From: an uncultured cyanobacterium
GTDB lineage: Bacteria > Cyanobacteriota > Cyanobacteriia > Cyanobacteriales > Cyanobacteriaceae
Assembly (NCBI GenBank): GCA_963749915.1
Contig: CAVVOP010000022.1
Coordinates: forward strand, 288,001-352,000
DNA: 64,000 bases
Direction: 5' to 3'
Under the pieces are notes generated by a model. The model searched no databases. It saw only the letters and a list, made by a program, of their open reading frames with translations, and was not told the DNA's origin. Both the position numbers and the translations under genes were made by a program. How positions within the stretch are numbered: the first letter of the stretch is position 1; each line of letters begins with the position of its first letter. This document shows, one piece after another, positions 54,515 to 64,000 of the stretch.

Positions 54515-56212
54515 GTGCAAATTACTAATAAAATAAATTTTCGCAATATACAAGGTGATGTATTCGGAGGTTTAACCGCTGCCGTTATCGCCTTACCGAT
54601 GGCTTTAGCCTTTGGGATCGCTTCCGGTGCTGGGGCTACGGCTGGTTTATGGGGTGCTGTATTGGTGGGCTTTTTCGCCGCTTTATTTGGTGGTACTCCT
54701 ACTTTAATCTCTGAGCCTACAGGACCCATGACTGTAGTCATGACTGCTGTAATTGCACATCTTACCCTTTCTAATCCTGAAAACGGTTTAGCCATGGCTT
54801 TTACGGTGGTAATGATGGCGGGATTATTCCAAATTTTATTTGGCTTCTTCAAGCTGGGTAAATACGTCACCATGATGCCCTATACGGTTATTTCAGGGTT
54901 TATGACGGGCATCGGTTTAATCCTGATTATTTTACAAACCGCACCTTTTTTAGGTCAAGCTAGTCCTAAAGGTGGCGTTATGGGTACACTTCAAAATATC
55001 CCCAATTTGATCTCTAATATCAATCCTTTAGAGACAATTTTGGCGGTGATGACAGTAGTTATTCTCTACATTGTACCTAGTAAATATAAGCGCATTGTAC
55101 CTCCCCAGTTATTAGCTTTGATTGCCTGTACAGTAGTGTCTTTAGTCTTCTTTGGCGATGCAGATATTCGTCGAATCGGGGAAATTCCTACGGGTTTACC
55201 TGCTTTACAAGTGCCCACTTTTGAAGGTAGCCAAATTCGCACAATGGTTTTTGATGCCATCGTTTTAGCTATGCTAGGCTGTATCGATGCACTTTTAACC
55301 TCTGTTGTTGCCGATAGTTTAACTCGTACTGAGCATGATTCCGATAAAGAATTAATTGGACAAGGTTTAGGTAATTTATTCTCCGGTTTATTTGGTGGTA
55401 TTGCGGGAGCTGGTGCTACGATGGGAACGGTGGTTAATATCCAAACTGGTGCCACTACAGCCTTATCTGGTCTCACTCGTGCCATGGTTTTATTTATAGT
55501 GGTCGTTTGGGCTGCACCTTTAACTGCGAGTATTCCTTTGGCAGTTTTAGCCGGTATTGCACTGAAAGTCGGTATCAATATTATGGACTGGGGTTTCTTA
55601 AAACGGGTTCATAAAATTTCCTGGAAAGCCACCGCTATTGTTTATGGTGTTATCGCTTTAACGGTATTTGTAGATTTAATGGTAGCCGTTGGTGTAGGTG
55701 TCTTTATCGCTAATATTTTAACTATTGAGAAACTTTCTGAGTTGCGCTCTAAATCCGTTAAAATCATTAGTACCGCCGATGATGAAGTTTTTCTTACTGA
55801 AGAAGAAAATCAAATTTTAGATTTAGCCCAAGGAAGAATATTATACTTCCATCTCAGTGGACCTATGATTTTTGGTGTTGCAAAAGCAATTTCCAGAGAA
55901 CATAATGCCATTGATAACTATGATGTCTTAATTGTTAACTTAAGCGAAGTACCAATCTTAGGAGTCACTTCCTCCCTTGCCTTAGAAAATGCCATGAAAG
56001 AAGCGATGGATAACGGTCATAAGGTTATAGTCGTAGGTGCTACGGGTAAAGTGAAAAATCGTTTGGAAAAATTGGGTATCGGTGGTTTAATTCCTGAATA
56101 TCATTGGATGGGCGATCGGCTTCTTGCACTACAAGAAGGTCTATCCATTGTGCGAGAAAAACAAAGCCATAATTACGAGGAGATTGATCCTTCTATATCC
56201 CCCTTATCTTAA
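54515..56212 (+). CDS. bicA: SulP-family Na+/bicarbonate transporter BicA
   Basis: MQITNKINFRNIQGDVFGG, ISEPTGPMTVV, GCIDALLT, C-terminal STAS domain. Confidence 0.92.
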   Translation: MQITNKINFRNIQGDVFGGLTAAVIALPMALAFGIASGAGATAGLWGAVLVGFFAALFGGTPTLISEPTGPMTVVMTAVIAHLTLSNPENGLAMAFTVVMMAGLFQILFGFFKLGKYVTMMPYTVISGFMTGIGLILIILQTAPFLGQASPKGGVMGTLQNIPNLISNINPLETILAVMTVVILYIVPSKYKRIVPPQLLALIACTVVSLVFFGDADIRRIGEIPTGLPALQVPTFEGSQIRTMVFDAIVLAMLGCIDALLTSVVADSLTRTEHDSDKELIGQGLGNLFSGLFGGIAGAGATMGTVVNIQTGATTALSGLTRAMVLFIVVVWAAPLTASIPLAVLAGIALKVGINIMDWGFLKRVHKISWKATAIVYGVIALTVFVDLMVAVGVGVFIANILTIEKLSELRSKSVKIISTADDEVFLTEEENQILDLAQGRILYFHLSGPMIFGVAKAISREHNAIDNYDVLIVNLSEVPILGVTSSLALENAMKEAMDNGHKVIVVGATGKVKNRLEKLGIGGLIPEYHWMGDRLLALQEGLSIVREKQSHNYEEIDPSISPLS

Positions 56213-56399
56213 ATTTACCAGAAATTACTTAACTAATATTCATCAAAAATTTCATCGTCAAACTATATTCATTTTATTAGCAGAGAAGCGATCACTTTTC
56301 TGTTAATTTTTTTGTCTAATTTTTTCACTTAATCAACTTTCTTTTTCGTTTTAATCGTGATAATATTTTTCTTTATCTTCCCTAATTTCTTGTTTTAAT

Positions 56400-57257
56400 A
56401 TGTCGGAGGAAAATAAGCAATCCCAATCTTTTTTACTCAAAATTGTTAAAGGTTTTCAGCAAACTTTATCTTCTTTTATTAATGCGATCGCTGAAACCAT
56501 AACCCATTCGGTACATATTCCCCCAATTGCCATCGGTCCCATTGTTGGTTCTTTAATTACTGCCACTACTACTCTGATCATTGGATTCCTGACGATTTCT
56601 AATATTTTTAGTGAGCAATTTCTTTATCGTCCATTACAAATCCAAGATAATAATGCTAATTATACCCTGGAATTAGAGCGTTATCGCCAGAAAATTTTAA
56701 TAGATTATTTAAACCACATAACACAATTAACTTTAGATTATCCCCTGTGGAAATTACAGCAAAATCCTTATTTATTAAGGGCAAATACCCAAACGGTCTT
56801 ATCAGAAATTGACGGAGAAAGAAAGCGTTACATTATTATGTTTTTAAAGGATACTGACTTATTAATCTTTAATAGTAATAAAGTTTCTACCCCATTGTTA
56901 AAAAATGCAAATTTAACGGAAGCAAGGTTAGATAATTTAGATTTATCCTATGCCAATTTTACGGGTGCTGATTTAACTAAAGCTAATCTTAGTCAAGCTA
57001 ATATACATAGCGGTAGTTTTTTGCAAGCAAAACTTACTAATGCCAATGTAACTAATGCTGATTTAAGAAGTGTTAATTTAGAAAAAACTGACCTTACTAA
57101 TACTAATTTAACCAATGCTTGCTATGATAATTTTACGAAATTTGATCCTCAATTCGATCCTAATAAAGCAAAAATGCGTTTAATATCTACTTTTGATAAA
57201 TGTGACTTTATACCCATAGAAAAAGATATAAAAAAGATAGATTTTAAACCTAATTAA
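56400..57257 (+). CDS. Pentapeptide-repeat membrane protein
   Basis: One TM segment; A(N/D)LT repeats in the C-terminal half. Confidence 0.85.
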   Translation: MSEENKQSQSFLLKIVKGFQQTLSSFINAIAETITHSVHIPPIAIGPIVGSLITATTTLIIGFLTISNIFSEQFLYRPLQIQDNNANYTLELERYRQKILIDYLNHITQLTLDYPLWKLQQNPYLLRANTQTVLSEIDGERKRYIIMFLKDTDLLIFNSNKVSTPLLKNANLTEARLDNLDLSYANFTGADLTKANLSQANIHSGSFLQAKLTNANVTNADLRSVNLEKTDLTNTNLTNACYDNFTKFDPQFDPNKAKMRLISTFDKCDFIPIEKDIKKIDFKPN

Positions 57258-57272
57258 ATAATAGATAAAAGT

Positions 57273-58172
57273 ATGTCATTTTTTTTGTCAGGACAAGAAT
57301 TATTTAACTGGTATCAACAAGCAAAAAAAGAAACCATTATTTATAATATTCCTCTCTTTGAATTAGAGTATTTAGTGAGAGAATTAACTAATTTAGGAAC
57401 TGTAGATTTACGGATCAATAATTATCAAAATAAAGAGACAATTGATAGTAAAATTTCTTTTGAAAAATTAAAAAAATTATGGCATTTACGAGTAAAAAAA
57501 CATTGCCCCGTTCAATATTTAATCGGTGAATGTCATTGGCGTAATTTTACCCTTAAAGTAACTCCTGATGTTTTAATTCCTCGTCCTGAAACTGAGTTAA
57601 TTATTGATTTAGCATTGCAACTTACTCAAGAATACCTTAATTTACGAAGGGGTAACTGGTTAGACTTGGGTACAGGAAGTGGTGCCATCGCTATCGCATT
57701 GGCTGATATTTTTCCAGAGGCGACAATTTACGCTGTGGATAAAAGTAAAAAAGCCCTAAAAATTGCCCAGGAAAATGCCCTTAATTTAGGTTTTGCCAAG
57801 AGAATTAAATTTTGTCATGGCTCATGGTTTAATCCTATAAATGAGTTTAAAAATAGCTTTAGTGGCATTATTTCTAATCCCCCTTATATCCCTTCAAGCA
57901 TGGTATTAGAATTACAGCCAGAAGTAGTTAATTATGAGCCAAAAATCGCATTGGATGGAGGGGAGGATGGCTTAAAAGATATTCGATATTTAATTAATAA
58001 TGCTCCTAATTTTTTGATAAATAATGGTTTTTTATTATTAGAAATAATGGCAAGACAAGGAGAAACAGTTCGAGATTTATTAACAAAAAATAGTAGTTAT
58101 ACAAACATTCATATACATAAAGATTTAGCTGATTTAGATCGATTTGCCGTCGCACAGATCCATTGCTTTTGA
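57273..58172 (+). CDS. prmC: Release factor glutamine methyltransferase
   Basis: VLIPRPETE, DLGTGSGAI, SNPPYI, ALDGGEDG. Confidence 0.95.
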   Translation: MSFFLSGQELFNWYQQAKKETIIYNIPLFELEYLVRELTNLGTVDLRINNYQNKETIDSKISFEKLKKLWHLRVKKHCPVQYLIGECHWRNFTLKVTPDVLIPRPETELIIDLALQLTQEYLNLRRGNWLDLGTGSGAIAIALADIFPEATIYAVDKSKKALKIAQENALNLGFAKRIKFCHGSWFNPINEFKNSFSGIISNPPYIPSSMVLELQPEVVNYEPKIALDGGEDGLKDIRYLINNAPNFLINNGFLLLEIMARQGETVRDLLTKNSSYTNIHIHKDLADLDRFAVAQIHCF

Positions 58173-58347
58173 AAAATAGTAAAACTGGGATAAGTTCATG
58201 GACATTTTATTTATTATGTGAAAATTGCATACAATTCAGTCAACAATTGTCTGAACATTGGGAATAGGTGATGAAAATTACGAAATACGGTGAACAAAAG
58301 AATTATATTGGATAAGATATTATCATCTTTTTTTCACTCATCATCTC

Positions 58348-59505
58348 ATGGCTACTGTTCTCCCACAAGAAAGTTATTCATTCTTTGATTTATCCAATCT
58401 TCACCTCGATAATGGTGAATCTATCTCTTTAGAATTGGCTTTAAAAGTCTTAGAATTGGGTAATTTTGAAGAAAAATGGGCGATCGCCAAAATATTAACC
58501 AAATATGGTGATGAGGTAATTACACCCTTAAAAGAGGTCATTTTAGACGAAAAAGCCAATGTTGAACATCGCTGGTATGGCTTAAAAATACTAAGTCAAA
58601 TCAAAAATCCTGAAATAATTTTAATTGTCACCGAATTATTAACGACTACCCAAGAGGAAGATTTACTCTTGTTAGCCACTCAAACTTTAGCAAGTCAGGG
58701 AAAACAATCCATTAACTTTTTGTCACAATTGCTGGAAAATCCCTCTTCTCGTCTCTTAGCCACGAAGGCCTTAGCCCAAATTCCTAGTTCAGAGGTGATT
58801 CCACCGTTATTATCCATCGTCAATGACCAAGATAGCACCACTAGGGCAACAGCGATCGCCGTTTTGAGAAATTTTGACACTCCTGAAATTAAGTCAGTGA
58901 TGATCAACGCCCTTAAAGATTATGCCTCATCAGTGAGAAAAGAAGCCCTTATCGCCTTAGGATTAAAACTAAAATTCAGTGAGGACATAGAGTTAATCCA
59001 ATTAATTTCACCCCTATTGCAGGATATTAACTTATCTGTAGCTCAACAGGGGGCAATTTCCTTAAGTCGCTGTGGTCATCCCTTAGCCATAGAAGCCTTA
59101 GATAAGGTTTTACATTGTGCCAATACTCCTGAAGCTTTAAAAATTACGATTGTGCGATCATTAGCATGGATAGCAACATCTGACAGTTTGCAATGTTTAG
59201 AGAAGTCAATGTATATATATGATTCGTCGATAACTCTCGAAATCATAACAGTTTTAGGGAGAGTGACAAAACCAAGTTTCAAAAATCAAGCAGTGGCAAT
59301 TTTAAGTAATTTTTGGGAAAGCAAATCCCCAAAATTAGCACGTCCCGAAATTTTACAAGCCCTTTGTTATAGTTTAAAGCAGCTAAATGCGACAACGACA
59401 ATCCCGATTTTACAAGGGATAGAAACCAATACTAATCCTCAAGTGCGTTTTCATGCCCAAAGTGCGTTAAAACAATTTACATGCCTCCCGAGAAAATCAA
59501 ATTAG
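58348..59505 (+). CDS. HEAT-repeat (PBS lyase-like) protein
   Basis: Repeated helical units (L.D...VR..A..ALG). Confidence 0.8.
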   Translation: MATVLPQESYSFFDLSNLHLDNGESISLELALKVLELGNFEEKWAIAKILTKYGDEVITPLKEVILDEKANVEHRWYGLKILSQIKNPEIILIVTELLTTTQEEDLLLLATQTLASQGKQSINFLSQLLENPSSRLLATKALAQIPSSEVIPPLLSIVNDQDSTTRATAIAVLRNFDTPEIKSVMINALKDYASSVRKEALIALGLKLKFSEDIELIQLISPLLQDINLSVAQQGAISLSRCGHPLAIEALDKVLHCANTPEALKITIVRSLAWIATSDSLQCLEKSMYIYDSSITLEIITVLGRVTKPSFKNQAVAILSNFWESKSPKLARPEILQALCYSLKQLNATTTIPILQGIETNTNPQVRFHAQSALKQFTCLPRKSN

Positions 59506-59552
59506 GGTTTGCTTGCTGAAAAAGTCTTTAGATTTACGACACCACCACAACC

Positions 59553-60572
59553 CTAGCCAAGGTCTGAGGATTTTAGATTACGTCCAATTACAACTAGTTT
59601 TGTAGACCTTTTTTCCTCCGGTTGCCATAATCGATCATAAAATGTATCAAAGCGATCCCCCACTCCTTGTAACACCATGCGCATAGGTTTATGGGCAACA
59701 TTCACAAAACCCTTGATACGATAAATTTCTAAATTTTGAACAAGATTTTGTAAACGACATAGCAAAACCTGAGGGTTAATGGCTTCTTCAATCAATAATT
59801 CTAAAGAGTTAATATCATCATCATGATCATGATCTTCTTCAGTATCATGATGAGAAGGACGATTAAGAAGATCATCTTCAACGGCGGCATTAAAACCCAA
59901 TAACACTTTGGAATTAATTTCCCCTTGACGGCAGGGTATAACTTTAATTCCCCTACGTAATTCCTTCTCCAACCAATCTTTCACTTGATTTAAATCATTA
60001 TCTTTCACTAAGTCAGTTTTAGTTAACAATACTAAGTCAGCACAAGCTAATTGATCCCCAAATAATTCTTCAATGGGGGTTTCATGATCTAAACTAGGAT
60101 CATTCTCCCTTTGTTGTGCGATCGCCTCTAAATTTCCTACCAAATTACCATTAGCCAAAGCATGGGCATCGACAACGGTTATAACTCCATCAACGGTGGC
60201 ATGATTACGAATTTCTTGCCATTTAAACGCTTGTATTAAGGGTTTGGGTAAAGCTAACCCAGAAGTTTCGATGACGATAGCATCAATTTGATCTTTACGG
60301 GTTAACAGTTCCTGCATAGTAGGATAAAATTCTTCTTGGACGGTGCAACAAAGACAACCATTCGTCAATTCGATAATATTGCTACTAAATTCCCCTTCAT
60401 CATCACATACTTGGCAGGTACGCAACAATTCGCCATCAATGCCTATTTCTCCAAACTCATTGACAACAACGGCAATTCTTCTGCCTTGATTATTTTGTAA
60501 AAGATTGCGCAATAAAGTTGTTTTTCCTGCACCGAGAAAACCGGTAATTACCGTCACGGGTATTTTGTGCAT
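59553..60572 (-). CDS. cobW: Cobalamin biosynthesis GTPase CobW
   Basis: KIPVTVITGFLGAGKTT, NGCLCCTVQEEF, IETSGLALPKPL, His/Asp-rich linker. Confidence 0.93.
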   Translation of the reverse strand: MHKIPVTVITGFLGAGKTTLLRNLLQNNQGRRIAVVVNEFGEIGIDGELLRTCQVCDDEGEFSSNIIELTNGCLCCTVQEEFYPTMQELLTRKDQIDAIVIETSGLALPKPLIQAFKWQEIRNHATVDGVITVVDAHALANGNLVGNLEAIAQQRENDPSLDHETPIEELFGDQLACADLVLLTKTDLVKDNDLNQVKDWLEKELRRGIKVIPCRQGEINSKVLLGFNAAVEDDLLNRPSHHDTEEDHDHDDDINSLELLIEEAINPQVLLCRLQNLVQNLEIYRIKGFVNVAHKPMRMVLQGVGDRFDTFYDRLWQPEEKRSTKLVVIGRNLKSSDLG

Positions 60573-60732
60573 TGTTATATTTAGAATTTAGAGTAGGGGG
60601 CATTTATAGGGTTAATAGCTTAACCCTCAATCAAGTATATATGGAAGAAGTAATAGGGCTAGAAATTGATGTTGATATATGATATATATATGATAATTGA
60701 TTTTAATTTCAGTTTTTCAATATATATACATA

Positions 60733-61371
60733 TTAAATAATTTCATTTTGAATAGCCCAACGAGATAATTCTGTGCGGTTATGTAAACCGGTTTTGTTTA
60801 ACATGTTAGAAACATGACTTTCAATAGTGCGTTGACTTACTCCTAATTCTTGGGAAATTTCTTTATTAGATTTTCCCCGCGCCACTAAATCAATAACTCT
60901 TGTTTCAGTGGGAGTTAATTCGACGCTTTTTGGCACTTGGATTCGGAGAGAATTATCCCCCTTACGATTACTACTACCCATTAGACGCATACTTTGATTA
61001 AGAGTAGATTGTACCTGTGCCACTAACTCATCAGGCTCAAAAGGTTTTACCATATAAACATCCGCACCTTGGGTTAAACCTTTGATACGATCTTTAGTTT
61101 GTCCTTTCGCCGACAAGAAAATCACTGGAAGCCATTCTAGAAGAGGATTTTCTCTAATTTCCTGTACCAAACTATAACCATCCATTTCTGGCATCATCAC
61201 ATCACAAATAATTAAATCAGGGGTCTCCCGTTCAAGAATTTTCATGGCTTCTCTGCCTTGACTAGCGGTTAACACTTGATAACCATTAAATTCTAAATAA
61301 TCTTTCACTAAGAGGATTAAATTAGGATCATCGTCTATAAGTAATAATTTTTTATTATATGTTTCTTTCAT
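60733..61371 (-). CDS. NarL/LuxR-family response regulator
   Basis: Receiver domain plus LTPTE...SNKEI...SQRTIESHVSN HTH. Confidence 0.92.
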   Translation of the reverse strand: MKETYNKKLLLIDDDPNLILLVKDYLEFNGYQVLTASQGREAMKILERETPDLIICDVMMPEMDGYSLVQEIRENPLLEWLPVIFLSAKGQTKDRIKGLTQGADVYMVKPFEPDELVAQVQSTLNQSMRLMGSSNRKGDNSLRIQVPKSVELTPTETRVIDLVARGKSNKEISQELGVSQRTIESHVSNMLNKTGLHNRTELSRWAIQNEII

Positions 61372-61532
61372 AGTTTTTAAAAGTGTATCACAAATAGTTT
61401 GGATATTGATTATGATATTATTACTTAAAAATCAATTTTCTTAAGAATTTTGTCGAGGTTTAGATCAAGGCAAGGCTTGATACTCAGTTATTATATAGAT
61501 AAATTAAGCCAACTAACCATCATTTATTTTTT

Positions 61533-63344
61533 ATGGCTAATCAATCGATTACAGAATCAGTTAAGTTACCTCGCACCAGCGAATCGGAAAATTTAAAAAA
61601 AATTCGCCACACCACTTCCCACGTCATGGCAATGGCGGTGCAAAAACTATATCCTAATGCTCAAGTAACTATCGGTCCTTGGACAGAAACGGGTTTTTAT
61701 TATGACTTCGATTTGCCTGAACCCATAGCAGAAAAAGATCTCAAGGCAATCAAAAAAGAGATGATTAAAATTATTAATCGTAAACTGCCCGTAATTCGAG
61801 AAGTAGTCACTAGAGAGGAAGCAGAAACTAGAATTAAAAATATTAACGAGCCCTATAAATTGGAGATTTTAGACAGTATTAAAGATGATACCATCACAAT
61901 TTATCATTTAGGGGAAGAATGGTGGGATTTGTGTGCCGGTCCTCACGTTGAAACCACCAAAGACTTAAATCCCAAGGCGATGGATCTAGAAAGCGTTGCT
62001 GGTGCTTACTGGCGTGGAGATGCTAATAATAAACAGTTACAAAGGCTTTACGGTACTGCATGGGAAACTCCCGAACAATTAGCGGAACACAAAAGACGTA
62101 AGGAAGAAGCTCTCAAACGAGATCACCGTAAATTAGGTAAAGAATTGGGTTTATTTATTTTCGCTGATCCTGTTGGTCCTGGTTTGCCATTATGGACACC
62201 AAAAGGGACTCTCATTCGCTCAACTTTAGAGGATTTCCTGAAAAAAGAACAAATTAAACGGGGTTATTTACAGGTAGTTACTCCCCACATCGGTAGAGTT
62301 GATTTATTTAAAACTTCTGGCCATTGGCAAAACTATAAAGAGGATATGTTTCCCATGATGGCCGATAATGCGGAGGAAGCAGAAAAAGAAGTCGGTTTCG
62401 TCCTTAAACCCATGAATTGCCCTTTTCACATCCAAATCTATAAAAGTGAGTTGCGATCGTACCGTAATTTACCCATGCGTTTAGCGGAATTTGGTACTGT
62501 TTATCGTTACGAACAATCAGGAGAATTGGGTGGTTTAACCAGGGTACGAGGCTTTACCGTTGATGATTCCCACCTATTTGTAACTCCAGATCAACTCGAG
62601 TCAGAATTTTTGAATGTGGTTGACCTAATTTTGTCAGTATTCAAAAGCCTACAACTCAAGAATTTTAAAGCCCGTTTGAGTTTCCGTGATCCCACCTCAG
62701 ACAAATATATCGGCAGTGATGAGGTGTGGGAAAAAGCCCAAAATGCTATCCGTAATGCTGTGCAACATCTCGATATGGAGTATTTTGAAGCAGAAGGAGA
62801 AGCGGCTTTTTATGGACCTAAACTCGATTTTATCTTTCAGGATGCCTTAGAAAGAGAGTGGCAACTAGGAACCGTACAAGTTGATTACAATTTACCAGAA
62901 AGATTCGACTTAGAATATACTGCTCCCGATGGCAGTCGTCAACGTCCGATCATGATTCACCGTGCACCCTTTGGCTCTTTAGAACGGCTTATTGGCATTT
63001 TAATCGAAGAATATGCTGGGGATTTCCCCTTGTGGTTAGCACCTATTCAAGCCCGTTTAATGCCCGTTAGCGACGACTTTTTCCCCTATGCCCAACAGGT
63101 GTGCCAAAAGATGTTGTCAGCTGGTATTCGTGCCGAAGTCGATAACAGTGGGGAAAGGCTAGGCAAAATGATTCGTAACGGTGAAAAGCAAAAAATCCCT
63201 ATTATGGCCATTGTTGGAGCTTCGGAAGTCGAAAACAATACCCTGAGTATTCGTACCCGTACCTCTGGAGAGTTAGGTGCAATTCCCGTCACTGAAGTCA
63301 TGGAAAAAGTTGCTAATGCCATTGTTGATCATGGTAATTTTTAG
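61533..63344 (+). CDS. thrS: Threonine--tRNA ligase
   Basis: DLCAGPH, RDHRKLG, KPMNCP, AAFYGPKLD, HRAPFGSLER. Confidence 0.97.
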   Translation: MANQSITESVKLPRTSESENLKKIRHTTSHVMAMAVQKLYPNAQVTIGPWTETGFYYDFDLPEPIAEKDLKAIKKEMIKIINRKLPVIREVVTREEAETRIKNINEPYKLEILDSIKDDTITIYHLGEEWWDLCAGPHVETTKDLNPKAMDLESVAGAYWRGDANNKQLQRLYGTAWETPEQLAEHKRRKEEALKRDHRKLGKELGLFIFADPVGPGLPLWTPKGTLIRSTLEDFLKKEQIKRGYLQVVTPHIGRVDLFKTSGHWQNYKEDMFPMMADNAEEAEKEVGFVLKPMNCPFHIQIYKSELRSYRNLPMRLAEFGTVYRYEQSGELGGLTRVRGFTVDDSHLFVTPDQLESEFLNVVDLILSVFKSLQLKNFKARLSFRDPTSDKYIGSDEVWEKAQNAIRNAVQHLDMEYFEAEGEAAFYGPKLDFIFQDALEREWQLGTVQVDYNLPERFDLEYTAPDGSRQRPIMIHRAPFGSLERLIGILIEEYAGDFPLWLAPIQARLMPVSDDFFPYAQQVCQKMLSAGIRAEVDNSGERLGKMIRNGEKQKIPIMAIVGASEVENNTLSIRTRTSGELGAIPVTEVMEKVANAIVDHGNF

Positions 63345-63437
63345 TGTTTAAATGTTAGACCCTAAATACGCAAATGTGAGACTTTTATTTATTATTATTT
63401 TCTGCTCGAAAATTGAAAGATGGAGAGCAATATCTTA

Positions 63438-64000
63438 CTATAATTTTTCTGTTAATTGATAATAGTTTTCTAAAGATTTATCATAAGACAGACTATAATT
63501 TTGTGGCGAAAAACTCATTTTACAACTAGCACCTAATGAGATTATTTTTACTTGTAAATTACTCTGAGAATTAATGCCCAAAATTTGACCTTTTATTTGC
63601 TGAAATAATACTTTTTCATTAATATTATACATTAAATCATTATAACTATTAATCAGATAATTAATACCTAATTTTAGATACTTATCATAACCTTTTATAA
63701 TACCTAATGTAACTATTTTTACTAGTTTATTAATAGATTTTATAGTAACGTTATTAGTTTTTTGATAATAATTATTTAAGCTAATACCATAATCAAAAAT
63801 TTTATTTTTATAGTTAATTCCGACTCCTATTACGACTTCTTTAATCATATTTTTATCAGTTTTTGTTTCGCATAAAATTCCCCCTAATTTTTGACCTTCT
63901 AAAATTAAATCATTGAGCCATTTTATTTGTACAGGGATCTCAAACTTTCTTAATTCTGTGACAATACCATAAACAATAAATGGGCTTAAATGAGCAATAT
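63438..64000 (-). CDS. birA: Biotin--protein ligase, C-terminal part; starts beyond the window
   Basis: Extending the frame upstream gives IKWLNDLILEGQKLGGILCE...VVIGVGIN. Confidence 0.88.
   Translation of the reverse strand, partial: IAHLSPFIVYGIVTELRKFEIPVQIKWLNDLILEGQKLGGILCETKTDKNMIKEVVIGVGINYKNKIFDYGISLNNYYQKTNNVTIKSINKLVKIVTLGIIKGYDKYLKLGINYLINSYNDLMYNINEKVLFQQIKGQILGINSQSNLQVKIISLGASCKMSFSPQNYSLSYDKSLENYYQLTEKL

Noticed and set aside
1..64000. Abundant GCGATCGC octamers
   Set aside because: Standard cyanobacterial HIP1; useful for taxonomy but not novel

Overview
AT-rich chromosomal window from a unicellular cyanobacterium. The evidence is frequent HIP1 GCGATCGC octamers, heptamer tandem repeats, and rpoC1, chlH, nblA, cupB, bicA and pixGHI. 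Most of it is housekeeping and photosynthesis genes: mnmG, rpoC1, folC, sigG and its anti-sigma, sfsA, rnhA, chlH, spkA, sufR, gatA, argS, radC, mutL, gcvH, prmC, cobW, thrS and a partial birA. One accessory block (about 14.2-20.5 kb) is a nested stack of insertion sequences: IS4, an ISAs1 fragment, IS1634 with an intact ISH3 inside it, IS982 and an ISAs1-type MITE. Several MITE-like repeats are scattered through the intergenic DNA. The two least explained elements are non-annotated. One is a 22-codon ORF with a very strong SD, embedded in a long RNA hairpin upstream of an SLH porin gene (about 50.1-50.4 kb). The other is a ~53% GC, highly base-paired 205-bp island between an MFS transporter and the IS stack (about 13.97-14.17 kb). 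No CRISPR array, rRNA or tRNA was seen. All family assignments come from recognising motifs by eye, not from database searches.
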